DNA of 64,000 bases. It comes from Lepidodermella squamata (lineage: Eukaryota > Animalia > Gastrotricha). Made by a program: the position numbers and the translations under genes. The notes under the pieces were generated by a model, which saw only the letters and a program-made list of their open reading frames with translations, did not search any database and had not been told where the DNA came from. The stretch spans positions 124,001 through 188,000 of the forward strand of contig JBLDXI010000012.1 of assembly GCA_047495785.1 (NCBI GenBank), written 5' to 3'. Position 1 is the stretch's first letter; each line of letters opens with the position of its first letter. Shown here piece after piece: positions 33,972 to 44,887 of this stretch.

Positions 33972-35727
33972 TATTTATTATTATTATTGTTATTAAATGA
34001 TTCAGGAATTATACACACGTTTAGAATATCGACGGCCTACCGGAGGCAAAGCTGGACGATCAGGACCGAGGACTATTTTCTTTGTAAATTAGCTAGCCTT
34101 GAATTTGATGCCAACTATGAACCGACTGAATTATAATGGCTTCTCACAAACACCGCCGAGGAGCCATGTCAACGAGGCAACCAACCATCATTAATTATAA
34201 GAACTTGGGCGAATCCCCATGCTTGAATTTGAAATAATTTTAAAATAATTTGAATTTGAATAATATGCCCTGGAAAAAAGGACAACCCATAGTTACGAAA
34301 CAGTGAGACAACTTGCTGCACAATGCCAATTCTGTTCGTCATTTCTAGTTCTCACGCGAAGTATTTTTGAACTATCATGCGAATTGGCAAATTTTTTCTC
34401 TGAATTTGCCATTTAGCTGGGGAGAATTCATGGCCACCTAGCTATTATTGTTCGGGTGAAGCTTCTGTTGAATTTTGAATTTTTTTGCATTATTCTTCTC
34501 AAAAAATGTAGTTGGGCATTTCCAAAATGGCCTAAAATTCATGAAATCTGCAGCTGATCTGAAGCTAGTCTATTTTTGTGCCACGAAGATGTACATGGTT
34601 AATCAGTATAATCTTAATCGGTTAGATATTAGTGAATACCGGTGCATCATGGCGAAATCCAGCGCTTCAGGAATTCGGTCAACTGGGCTGAAAACCCTAT
34701 GAAAACTCACCTGATACCTTCCATTTTATGATTACGAAATTTTGTTTATGTCTCTAAAATTCTGAACACGAGTATGACCTAATTTCTTACTTCAGCTCGA
34801 ATGACCTGAGCGTAACAAAATAAACTTGGGCAAATTAATTCGATTTATAAATTGGCGAACAAATTGGGGCGGATTGGGGACAATAATATATAATAGTTCA
34901 ATGCCTGAAATAATAATTTTTCATCGGTCCTGAGCGTGGAAAAATTAGTAAGCCTATTAAGCCTACCTGAGCGTTCGCCAATTATAAATGAAATTGGCGA
35001 TATTATAATTTTAAATAATAATTATTTTGCGATGAATTCAACGCAGAAAACGTTTATCATTGACCGATCGCAAACGAAATAGTCGGGACGGTCGAGAAAT
35101 TTTGCAAGTAATTTAGCTGCCGAAAATTCAGATATTTTACTGAATAAGTATTGGAAATAAAAATATTATATGCACTTTCAACTTTTCGAAATTTTGAATT
35201 CCGCGCCATCGAGCAATGGCGCGATAAGACGCGCCATCCGCCGGTTGGGCCGTAATACCCGTTTTTTTGTAAACCTCCTCGTACATGGTTTGCAAAATTC
35301 GGAGTTTAAACCAGGTTTAGCGGATAAAACCTCTAAAACCTGCAAATTTTCTCTCATTGGTACATAGGTTTTTTAATCGAACATAGGAATTTTCTTCTAT
35401 TGCTCCATTTTATATACGCGAACAATGGTGAGTCCCAATACGCAACAATGGTTGCTTTGGAAATGAGAGGAAAACTTAAACCTTAAACCTTAATCCAACA
35501 TAAGGAAGGTTCCAACATACGCCCCTAGATGTTTCAGATGCCATAATCCTAAAAATTAGGTGAGCTTGAACTGCAAGCCAAATTGATTTTGAATTTGAAA
35601 CTGCCGGAAACAACTTTTTTCTCAGGGTTAAACGGACTTGCAATCCTCAAATCGATTTTATTAGTGTATATAAAATAGATATAATCGGCGAAACCTGTGC
35701 TGATCACTGAACATTTATAAGTCATCT

Positions 35728-36072
35728 CTACCCGCGATTTTTGTTCGAGCCAGTCTTTCCTGCTTTGCTGGCAGCACGGTGTAGATTTCCAGAAAAGCCG
35801 CGCTTCTCAACAACGGCGCTGCCGTCATCTGTATTAGGGGACAGCCAATCGAACAGAGAGTGCGAGTGGTCTTGCTGAGACGGAAGCAGCGTTTCCACAT
35901 CGCCCAGGATGTTATGCAAATGCGATTCGAACTCGGCGTTGTAGTTCGGATTCAGTAGGCTCTGCATTATCGGATCTTGATTATTGTTCGACAGCTGGTT
36001 GTAGTTGTAGACGAAACCGCTGCTACAAACGATTAGCGCGACGAATAGCGCAGCGAAAAATGTCCACAGCAT
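35728..36072 (-). CDS. Secreted peptide precursor (HPNYN family)
   Basis: Signal peptide; NPNYN...ESH...DVE...DWLSP...KRG; terminal Gly. Confidence 0.88.
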   Translation of the reverse strand: MLWTFFAALFVALIVCSSGFVYNYNQLSNNNQDPIMQSLLNPNYNAEFESHLHNILGDVETLLPSQQDHSHSLFDWLSPNTDDGSAVVEKRGFSGNLHRAASKAGKTGSNKNRG

Positions 36073-37039
36073 CTTCGAATTCGGGGTAAAAAGAATAATT
36101 TCGAGAGAAAAATAAAACCTAGTAACAAATTAAAGTCCACGTGACAATCAAAAACAAGATTTTTTAAATTTCGAACTATTCAAGCGTTAGTAGTACGGAA
36201 GAGATGACGCTCGAAGGGGGCTGTCTGCGAATGACAGCTTTATCGTCAGCAAATTATTTTTATAATTACAAGCAAAGTGGAATGTTGAATTCAGTGGCGA
36301 ACTTCCGAAAATCCAATACACCGCTAATTCTTAAAGAACATAATAATAAATCTCCGTTGAGCACTTTTGCTCAAGTATGCGCAACTTGTGCTCAATTTTC
36401 TCAATGAGTGCTCAAAATGTGCACAAAGTGTGCTCAAAGTAGCCCGCGTTGGATTTTCCTAATTAACTTTTCTCGAAGGAGCAGTTTCATGGCGTTAAGC
36501 AGGAAACTGCGTGGTTTAAATCTCCGTGGTGGACCAGTTGATCACCGATTGTGCACAAGAAGGGCTCAACGGAGACATAACCACAGAAAATTATAAGGAA
36601 AAATTTGCACATTTAAATGTTTGGAAATCAGGCGTGATACGAAGCCTTGTGATCTCTCGCCTAAAAATTTCGAGAAATTTCGATTCGAGTTCATTTATGC
36701 CAGTTTTTAAGGTGACAAAGGTAAACAGAACTGTGTTTGCCTCTCATTCCTCTGACGAAAAATGTGCCCGCTCCACTCATTCCGTATCACCTCTCACCTC
36801 AAAAATGACACAAAAAACGTGAAATTCGAATTTTTCGACGTTATTCTTTTGGTTGATCGTTTTATAGCAAGCAGCTGATAGTTATGAAGGTCACAATGTT
36901 AGACGATTTGACCCATAAAACACGAAGAGCTTTTATTACAAAAGTCTATTAGGTCAATTGCGCGATGCTAGCAAAAAGTCGGTCATCAGTCATCATTTGA
37001 TCTTGAAGAATTAAGAAATGCAAAGAATGACCATCTTGG

Positions 37040-37070
37040 CAAGTGATGTTAAGGTACTTAACATCACTTG
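37040..37070. mobile_element. 31-bp hairpin insertion with 8-bp target-site duplication (hAT-like remnant)
   Basis: catcttgg|caagtgatgttaag-gta-cttaacatcacttg|catcttgg. Confidence 0.7.
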
Positions 37071-37267
37071 CATCTTGGAGGGCGTATATGAACCCTAAAA
37101 TTGTCCGATTTTTAACCAACGCCTTCGAATCGAAACCGACAAATGATCACGAGTTTAATTTATCTAATAGCGATAAGTAGCTATGTTACAGGCCTAAAAT
37201 AGCAATTAACGCCCACCGTCTAATCATCATCATCATGAAGTTTTTTACTATTGTCCAAGCTCCACAC

Positions 37268-37576
37268 CTACATGCGAGTTTCGCGTATGACGTAGGGTTT
37301 CCCAGCGACCCAATGGACGTTCCTGCTAACGCTGAGTTTGCCTTGCTGAACATTCGAGGCTGGTCTGCTGCGTTTCGCCATGAAATACGGCATGAATCCG
37401 AGACTGGGCTCGCTTTGTTGCACGGTATCAGGGGCGAAGAATGAATCCTGATCGTTCGCCATTTGATAGAACGCGTCCGAGTCGTATTCTTTGATATTGG
37501 ACGGCTCTACGGACATGTACGGCACTTCTGCCGAGACGGCTAAAATTACACTGGCAAGTATCAAAATTCTAATCAT
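37268..37576 (-). CDS. Secreted peptide precursor (GRP-motif family)
   Basis: Signal peptide; acidic pro-region; KR; NVHWVAGKPYVI. Confidence 0.85.
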   Translation of the reverse strand: MIRILILASVILAVSAEVPYMSVEPSNIKEYDSDAFYQMANDQDSFFAPDTVQQSEPSLGFMPYFMAKRSRPASNVQQGKLSVSRNVHWVAGKPYVIRETRM

Positions 37577-37779
37577 TTTGCAGCCGTTAAATAAGTTTGA
37601 AATCTTCTGCTGGGGTTTATAAGGCCCTCAGGAACCAGGGCTGCGGTGCTTCGGAGCATGAAACGCCCTGGTCAGGAAGTGGGAAATTATGATGTCATCG
37701 CGTCAAATAGCCCGTAAATCACGTTTTATTTATCGAAAAGGAATCATATTATAGAATTCAAGCATAGAAGTCACTACTA

Positions 37780-38058
37780 CTAATAGTAATCATTCCACAG
37801 TTCGTATCTGTCGACGTGAAGAAGATCGTTGTTTGAAATCGGGCGAAGATTTCGTCGACCATATCGCTCTTCTCGAGCTGCTGCTAACAATTGTTGCTTC
37901 CTGTCGATTTCATCTTGCTTCTGCTTGAGAAACCGCACGTAGTTCGGGTCCATGAGGAGTTCAGTCGCCGAGGCTGATTCGTCATTGTCATAAGCGGCGT
38001 TGACAGCAGCTAAACCACAGATTGTCACGAAAATCAACGCAATAGAAATAAAATGCAT
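37780..38058 (-). CDS. Secreted peptide precursor
   Basis: Signal peptide; helical segment ending RY-GRR. Confidence 0.85.
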   Translation of the reverse strand: MHFISIALIFVTICGLAAVNAAYDNDESASATELLMDPNYVRFLKQKQDEIDRKQQLLAAAREERYGRRNLRPISNNDLLHVDRYELWNDYY

Positions 38059-38259
38059 TATCGTAAATTAAAATTCTGAAAAAATGAATGAATGAATGGT
38101 GCGCAGTTTCATAGCTTTCAAATCCTACGCCTTACGAAGTCCGCGTAACTAGGAGATAGAGACGAAGAGGCAATCATAAAGCATCTCACGTGTCTTTATT
38201 ATCATCTCATATCGGAAATTAAGGAATCTCTATTATGCATCCTACGATATGAATTCCGG

Positions 38260-38628
38260 CTATATTAGTGTAAAAGGAGAGGTGGAAAATGTACTAATCG
38301 TAATCTTCTTGATTATGACCCCGTGCATAGCGTACCAGTCACTGCTGGACGGGTCAAAAGCGTCTTGCTGAAAGGTATTTTGGCCCAGTTTGGATAGGAT
38401 ATAGGCCTGAATTTCACTCTCGAGAAATCCGTAGAATTCATCAAGCAAAATCTGGTCATCCGATGGCAGCTCTTCTTCGCTACCGTGTTCTGAATTAAGC
38501 TCGGTAGGCTCTAGCCAGTAGCTGTGAACATCGTCATAGGCCGACGGCCGGCGTGGCGAGCAAATGGCGCCGCTGCAGATCACCGACAAGATAACACAGC
38601 AAATCAGTGGCGCGCAATTAATTTTCAT
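38260..38628 (-). CDS. Small secreted acidic protein
   Basis: Signal peptide; acidic mature region. Confidence 0.75.
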   Translation of the reverse strand: MKINCAPLICCVILSVICSGAICSPRRPSAYDDVHSYWLEPTELNSEHGSEEELPSDDQILLDEFYGFLESEIQAYILSKLGQNTFQQDAFDPSSSDWYAMHGVIIKKITISTFSTSPFTLI

Positions 38629-39125
38629 TGCTTGATGCTATTTCAGTGCAATAATTGCTCGCTGGGTCGAATGAGACTGCTAACTTTATTACGTGCGTCG
38701 GCCTTGTATTTCAATTAATTACCACGCTTCTTTTTCAGTCAAAAGGCGGAAATTGTGACGCTTGCTCAAGTGTTCGGACATCACGATTTTTACTAATCAC
38801 GTTAAAGGCCGGAAGGCAGTGAATATAGAGGACAAATGATTTGGCCCACAGTAGTATCTCTGAATTTTAAGGCAGCTTTATTTCGAGCCAATTCAATCGG
38901 AAATATTTCATCGCAGTTTCTTATCACTGAGCCGAAACGCCGAGCAAAAACAACAATTAATAAGTACGCTCAGAATGACGCCAAAAATCACGCCGAAAAG
39001 CTGGTTTTAAGAAAGTTTGAACTAACACAAAAGCCGCTGGGGAGATCCCTCGGACATTCCGTGGGTGTAAAAATATCTCGTATAAATGGGGCCAGAACTC
39101 AACCAGATGAGATTTGTTTTCGCTG

Positions 39126-39290
39126 ATGCAAAAAATGAATAATATTTTGCGTGTTATTGTGATCTTCTTTTTACTGCTCATCTTTCAAAACGGCGTTGAT
39201 GCTCGATATGGCAGGATTTATCGCGACTTCATGGCGAACTTGCGGAAGTCCAACAACGAACTATCGTTCAACAATGAAAATCAAGGATGA
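39126..39290 (+). CDS. 54-aa secreted peptide absent from the ORF track
   Basis: Manual translation MQKMNNILRVIVIFFLLLIFQNGVDA-RYGRIYRDFMANLRKSNNELSFNNENQG*. VDA cleavage site and terminal Gly. Confidence 0.65.
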   Translation: MQKMNNILRVIVIFFLLLIFQNGVDARYGRIYRDFMANLRKSNNELSFNNENQG

Positions 39291-39451
39291 TGCTTAACGG
39301 ACTACATGAGATCGAGTTTCATCGACTTTTAACAAGACATTACTTTATTCGAAAAACGTGCTTATAATTTTGAAATATCAGATTAAAGATTGAGGTGGGA
39401 AGTGTTCACATTTTTGTAGTCCAGAGGGAAACAGGAAGTCGTATTCTCAGG

Positions 39452-39667
39452 TCAAAAGACTTCGTGCATTTCCGGTTTAAAATAAGCTCGGTCACGCAGC
39501 GCCTGCTCGAAATCAATCAAATTGACGTAATGATCCGGGTCAAGCAGCGGGTCGTTGCCGTTCGCTGATGTCATGTCTAAAACTTCAGACAAGAACACGT
39601 TCGGGTCGTCCTCGCATTTAACTAGAATAAAAGCCAGTGCAAAGATGAAAACTATTTTAAGCTGCAT
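39452..39667 (-). CDS. Small secreted acidic peptide
   Basis: Signal peptide MQLKIVFIFALAFILVKC; LLDPDHYV resembles LLMDPNYV of 37780. Confidence 0.75.
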   Translation of the reverse strand: MQLKIVFIFALAFILVKCEDDPNVFLSEVLDMTSANGNDPLLDPDHYVNLIDFEQALRDRAYFKPEMHEVF

Positions 39668-39807
39668 TTTTTAAATAAATAATTTACCACGCACTTGAAA
39701 TAAAAATTCGAAATAATTTATTTGCGGCGCTGGATAAAGCCATGATTTATTTTCAATTAAAATTCGGATTTTTTTATTTGATCGATAAAATGAGTATATC
39801 AGGGAAG

Positions 39808-40134
39808 TTAGTCTCGTAAAGCTTTCGCCCAAGTCAGAAGTTCTTCTTCGGCAGCCGCTGCACTCGCCTCGTCGTCGCCATCTTCATCTTCCGCCGCCTC
39901 AACCGGCTCGTCCTCTTCCCGAGCCGTATCGTCATCTTCCTCGGCCTCTCGCTGCAGCCTCTCCATAACTTGCATTTGATACATAAGCTGTCGCAGCATT
40001 TTGTCCTGATCCGGGCTCGCGATTTGCGAAGTTTCGTTGCTGTCCGATTTAGTGACAGGTGCAGAGTCGGCCGAGCCTAATACGAGGCTGACAACTAGGG
40101 TTGCCACAACGGCCAACATCGTTAAATTCGACAT
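39808..40134 (-). CDS. Secreted highly acidic (granin-like composition) protein
   Basis: ATG 40134; signal peptide; E/D-rich tract. Confidence 0.85.
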   Translation of the reverse strand: MSNLTMLAVVATLVVSLVLGSADSAPVTKSDSNETSQIASPDQDKMLRQLMYQMQVMERLQREAEEDDDTAREEDEPVEAAEDEDGDDEASAAAAEEELLTWAKALRD

Positions 40135-40631
40135 TGTTATATATATACTCGGACCTAAAAGTTTGGAAAAAATCCGAAACGTATATATCTCACAAATTAC
40201 GTCCGGCGATGAGAGGGTGTTATTGGCGCGATGTTTTATTATTGAGTTTCTTGAATGAGCTTGTTTGTTCCTACACAAAATCACGCGCATCGATTCCTAC
40301 GTTGCATTGTCTGCGGCCTATAAAGCAATTTAGGAAAAAAGCCTTCATCATTCCCACGCATGATCGAATTGCTTTCTACGCAGCACACCTGTAAAATAAA
40401 TAAGAGAAACGCACCAGAAATATTCTATATTATAGTATGAGTTGGATAATCGCATGAAAAAGTGCGTGTAAAAATAGAAACGAAATATTCCAATTTTTCG
40501 TGAAAACTCTGAGGGCGTCTCATTTTTGTCAGTGCTTTTCGGTCCCATCAGACAAAAAAATGGCGATAATCACGGCGAAAAATAGTTTTATTACCAAAAA
40601 AATATATGAGTCATAAAATGGAAGTATATCC

Positions 40632-41009
40632 TTATAATCCTTTGTTGGCCATTGAGATAAGAACAGCCGGTGACATTGGGATGAAACTCGGATCAGGATA
40701 AACCGGGTAACTGGTTTTATGCCGATGTTTTCTCAGGTGTTTCGTTAAATGATGATGGTAATGCGTGTGGTGCAGCGTTTTAGCCAGATTTTCCAGTATC
40801 GCGCCGGCGCGTTTAAAGTGACTGAATTGCTTCGAATGAGTCACTGGGTGGTTCGACTTTGAATGAAACAGCGGCACAGTTTTACGATGATATATATTGT
40901 TAATCGTGGTCCGCCATATTTCTGAAGCAGGAGAATCTGCACTACAGTAGGAAACTACCAATCCGAGAATGATAAAGGCGATAAAAGGGATCAGCTTCGT
41001 TTTCAGCAT
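40632..41009 (-). CDS. Secreted His-rich basic protein
   Basis: Signal peptide; KR; HHTHYHHHLTKHLRKHRH. Confidence 0.8.
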   Translation of the reverse strand: MLKTKLIPFIAFIILGLVVSYCSADSPASEIWRTTINNIYHRKTVPLFHSKSNHPVTHSKQFSHFKRAGAILENLAKTLHHTHYHHHLTKHLRKHRHKTSYPVYPDPSFIPMSPAVLISMANKGL

Positions 41010-41300
41010 TTCTTAATCTTAATCTGAGGAAATTGTTGATAGTGAGATGGCTAAGTTGTTATCAGCAGACCCTGCGATATTAGATTAACCTGTTCTAATT
41101 CGGTTACAAACCGGACGAGAATTTATTTTTGAACAACTAGAGTGTCACTGAGGGCCGGGTTTGGTTTAACGTTTAACGTGACGTCAAACAGTCTAGTTAT
41201 GTCGGAAATTTGTTTATTCAATCATGCATAAAACAAAGTGACACATATAGACGAATCTACCCTGTCTGTAGTCTTATTGAATCAGGATCATTAGTTCGGA

Positions 41301-41591
41301 CTAAGTTGAGTAGCGGAACGGCTTAGATGGCCTCAATCCGACCTCATCCGGGATGTTTTTCTCGCCTGAGTGTGGTTTGCTGTTAACTCGGGACGGTGCG
41401 TTACTTCGAAACGCGGCACCTAGGGACCCACGTTTTCCGGCTATGATGGCTGAATACCAGTTATTACCCGGTGCGTATTCGAAGTCATTAAGCCTGTGCT
41501 GTGATGAGTATCCATAATCATACGCCTCTTGACCCGAAATGACCTCGGCGAAGATCAAGAAAAAAACTGCGACAACATAATATCGGTGCAT
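41301..41591 (-). CDS. Secreted peptide precursor
   Basis: ATG 41591; signal peptide; N-terminal Q and WYSAIIA-GKR (possible pyroGlu and amide). Confidence 0.82.
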   Translation of the reverse strand: MHRYYVVAVFFLIFAEVISGQEAYDYGYSSQHRLNDFEYAPGNNWYSAIIAGKRGSLGAAFRSNAPSRVNSKPHSGEKNIPDEVGLRPSKPFRYST

Positions 41592-41822
41592 ATTTATGAT
41601 GCTTAATATCAAGAAAAATGCGATATTGAAATATATTTGGCAGAAAAATTGTCGGCCTAAACCATTAGTGTGATTACAGCGTAGGCAATTTTTCCTAATA
41701 TTGGCGTTCTATTTCTTTAGAGTTTTTTGGCCCTTTATAACCTCGACGCGTTTTAATTGAACAATTTATAATTAAACAATTAAGATTCACTGTTATAAGA
41801 GTGTGTCATGAGTTTTTTGCTT

Positions 41823-42137
41823 TCAACCCTTGGCGAATCCCAGCTTGAGTTTGTTGAAACTGCCATTGTTAAGTTGGTGCAATTTCGCGCTGTTGACATA
41901 GATCCTAACAATTTTCGCCTTGGGCTTGAGGGTAACAACTGCTTTATTGGGCCGATTTTCCTTGGCTATTTTGATGTTTTGTCTTGAACCATCGCCAAAG
42001 CTAGCAGCTAGTCGATTCATTCGCTCATTATCCGCCTTAAAGTTGTAAATGTCATTGGCCAATATCGACTCAACCTGGTTAAGGCCGATTAGACAGCTTA
42101 GAAAAACCACGAAAAAAACTGCTAAAAATTTATTCAT
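41823..42137 (-). CDS. Small secreted basic protein
   Basis: Signal peptide; K/N-rich; KIVRIYV; terminal Gly. Confidence 0.8.
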   Translation of the reverse strand: MNKFLAVFFVVFLSCLIGLNQVESILANDIYNFKADNERMNRLAASFGDGSRQNIKIAKENRPNKAVVTLKPKAKIVRIYVNSAKLHQLNNGSFNKLKLGFAKG

Positions 42138-42534
42138 TTTTTTACGAGGATAAAAAAATGGCCGAATACAAGATAAAATCTTTCGGATGAGACACTATGT
42201 GTGGGTGTAATTATCGATGATTAATCGCAGCCTCGAATGAATTTAGGGGACACATTCTGAGATATTTTTAGATTATACTGCATACGCAGAAGTTTTCGCG
42301 GCAATCTTGTATTTGCATATCGACCTAAAAATGGCCATTTTTTATTTCGTGAAAATTTGAGTTTGGGAGGGCGATCCTCGGATAATTATCGCAAGAGTGG
42401 TGATTTTTTGCTTTTGCGAATTCATGGCGAAATTTTGCGAAAATAAAATTACTGTGAAAATTCCAACATACGAATTTTATTTCAAGTCTTTAATCGAACA
42501 AAATTGTATAATTAACATTAAGTTATTAAGTTTT

Positions 42535-42957
42535 TTATTTTCGAACAGCGGCTACGATTTTGTAAGGACGGCCGTTGATATATCGGATCTGGTTGCTTTC
42601 CTTGCCGCGTTTCTGGAAGTTGTCGAAAGTGTAACGGCCTCGCTTTTCCTCCTCGCCTGATACGAAATCGCCGCCGAACAGCCAGTCAGAGGCTGATCGG
42701 CGATCTCGCCACGCCGTGCTTTTCACCGAGCTCCAACCGCGCTTCATAACATCACCCCTCCAGTTGCCGCTCTTCTTCTTCTCGCGCCAGCCTCGCTTGT
42801 CGAACGGCTGGAATGTCATGCCGTCTTCAGTCAGCTCCCACCGCCCCGAACTTGCTCGCTTGGCAACTGAATGCGAGTTGACACCTGAAAAAGCTTCACT
42901 CAAAACAACCACTGCCACTGTGGCGACAACAATAACAGATTTGTATGAAAGCGACAT
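42535..42957 (-). CDS. Multi-peptide (Trp-rich) neuropeptide-like precursor with GRP motif
   Basis: Signal peptide; five KR plus RR/KKK sites; KR-GW twice; QIRYINGRPYKI. Confidence 0.88.
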   Translation of the reverse strand: MSLSYKSVIVVATVAVVVLSEAFSGVNSHSVAKRASSGRWELTEDGMTFQPFDKRGWREKKKSGNWRGDVMKRGWSSVKSTAWRDRRSASDWLFGGDFVSGEEEKRGRYTFDNFQKRGKESNQIRYINGRPYKIVAAVRK

Positions 42958-43366
42958 CTTGAAGGTTTTTTTAACTACACCGGAAAAATCGCAGAATGAT
43001 TTTTCGACAAAATATTCCCTTACTCTCGAGTGCAGCTTTTAACGACATTTCCCAACAGGGCTGGATCGTTTTGTTTTAAAATAGCGTCAAAAATAGCAAT
43101 CATATCATATGATAATCGCCCCCTTTCGTCCTATGACCTTAGGGAGTCTATCATCACGCCCTCAAAAATGAAAAAAAAATTTGCTCTGGCTTCGAAATTA
43201 AATTGCGCACTGATATAATTGATTAAGGCGTATGACGAGAGAGTTAATAATTGGACGATCTGGCTTATAAAAGCCGCCAATTTTAAGGGGAAGAATCATC
43301 ATTCGAATTCTCAGCTCAATCAAGTCTTTCTTGTATAATCTTCGCTGTATTCATTTTTCGGTGAAA

Positions 43367-44274
43367 ATGCCCGCCCCTAACAAAACCGCGTTGATCCTGT
43401 TGGCCGACAACCAAGAAGAGGTTGAATTCGTGACAACCGTCGATGTCCTCCGCCGTGCTGAGATCACCGTCACCATCGCTGGGCTGAACAGCTCCGAACT
43501 CGTCAAGTGCTGCCAGGGTGTCCAGATCAAGCCTGACACTTCGCTGAAGGACGCCATGTCAAGCGACAAGCACTACGATGTTGTCATCTTGCCAGGTGGA
43601 CCCGGTGCTAAGGCCTTTGCGGACTCTGAGGAAGTTCGCAAGCTGCTCAAGGAACAAGAAAGCTCGAAGCGCTACATTGCTGCTATCTGCGGAGGTAAAA
43701 TTCTCATTCATTCGAAATTTAAGAGAGAAAACCTTTTATTGGTATACTGTGTTATATACAAACTATAACATTGCCTTTGAGACACAGGATTATAAATTAT
43801 TAAGTTTATAATTTGATGAGATTAATTGATGAATTAATTGCTTGAATGATTGATTAGTTAGCGTCTTTGAGTAGGTTGGCTATTTGAGTAAAGATGATTA
43901 TTCAGGATCCTAATGCTATCCTTAAGGATTTGATGGGCCATTTAATTTAATTTTCAATAAAATTCAAATTTAAAAATTTAAAATTTTAATCCTTTTAAAT
44001 CCTAATTTTTTAACCTTGCTTTTTAGCTCCTGCCATGATTTTCCCCAAGTTCAAAATTGCCGAGAATCGTAATGTTACTTCGGACCCGAAACTGAAGGAC
44101 CAACTCGCTGGACTGTCGGCCTACAAGTACAAGGAAGATAACACTGTTGTCGACGGCAACATCATCACAAGCCGCGGTATCGGCACTGCCTTCGACTTTG
44201 GCCTTGCCATTGTTTCGGAGCTATGCGGACCAGACCACATTGCCCCGCTGAAGGAAGCCATGCTGCTGAAATGA
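43367..44274 (+). CDS. PARK7: DJ-1/PfpI family protein (exons 43367-43694, 44027-44274)
   Basis: EEVEFVTTVDVLRRA, YDVVILPGG, IAAIC|GAP and DGNIITSRGIGTAFDFGLAIV. The GT-AG intron restores frame. Confidence 0.93.
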
Positions 44275-44530
44275 ACCGCCGGCTTCAAAACTTACTAATC
44301 TATTGACTCAATGATTGAAATTTCCTAAGCAATCTGATGAAATCTGATCAAATTTTTCTCTTTCTGTTCCTTTCCGAATAAAATTGAAGAAATGGCATGC
44401 AAAAAGTGACATTTTTTATTCAATTTTTATCGCTAATAACAATCAAGACTGAAAAATCAAAGAATTTATAAAGAGACCCTAATAATTGAAATCGATAGGT
44501 TCTCGGTATCCTAGGACGAGTTCGGTCGTT

Positions 44531-44887
44531 TCAGCCGATAAGTTTTCCGCTGAAAAAGCCTTGTTGTAGTTTAGTTATTACTTCTCTCGGTACCGGCTTT
44601 CTCAGCTGTCCCTTCCCCTCCAGATCTTCGGTCGCTTCGCTTTGCGGCGCTGCTTTGTTATAGTGCTTATCCATTAAATTGTTTACCACGGCGAACTTCG
44701 AAGGCGCTATTCGCCTTGCTACCAACGCGTTGCCGTAGTAGCCAGGGTTGAGGAAGCTTGCTTTCGGCTGCCAGTTGAACGCCTGAAAGTCTTCCGGTTC
44801 CTTTAAAATCGCCACGTCTTTGCCCTCGGCGTATAGAATCAGCATACCAATGATGAAAAGGGCTAACTCAGGTACGAAAGCACTCAT
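44531..44887 (-). CDS. Small secreted protein (WQ motif)
   Basis: ATG 44887; signal peptide; FNWQ; RR; terminal Gly. Confidence 0.8.
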   Translation of the reverse strand: MSAFVPELALFIIGMLILYAEGKDVAILKEPEDFQAFNWQPKASFLNPGYYGNALVARRIAPSKFAVVNNLMDKHYNKAAPQSEATEDLEGKGQLRKPVPREVITKLQQGFFSGKLIG

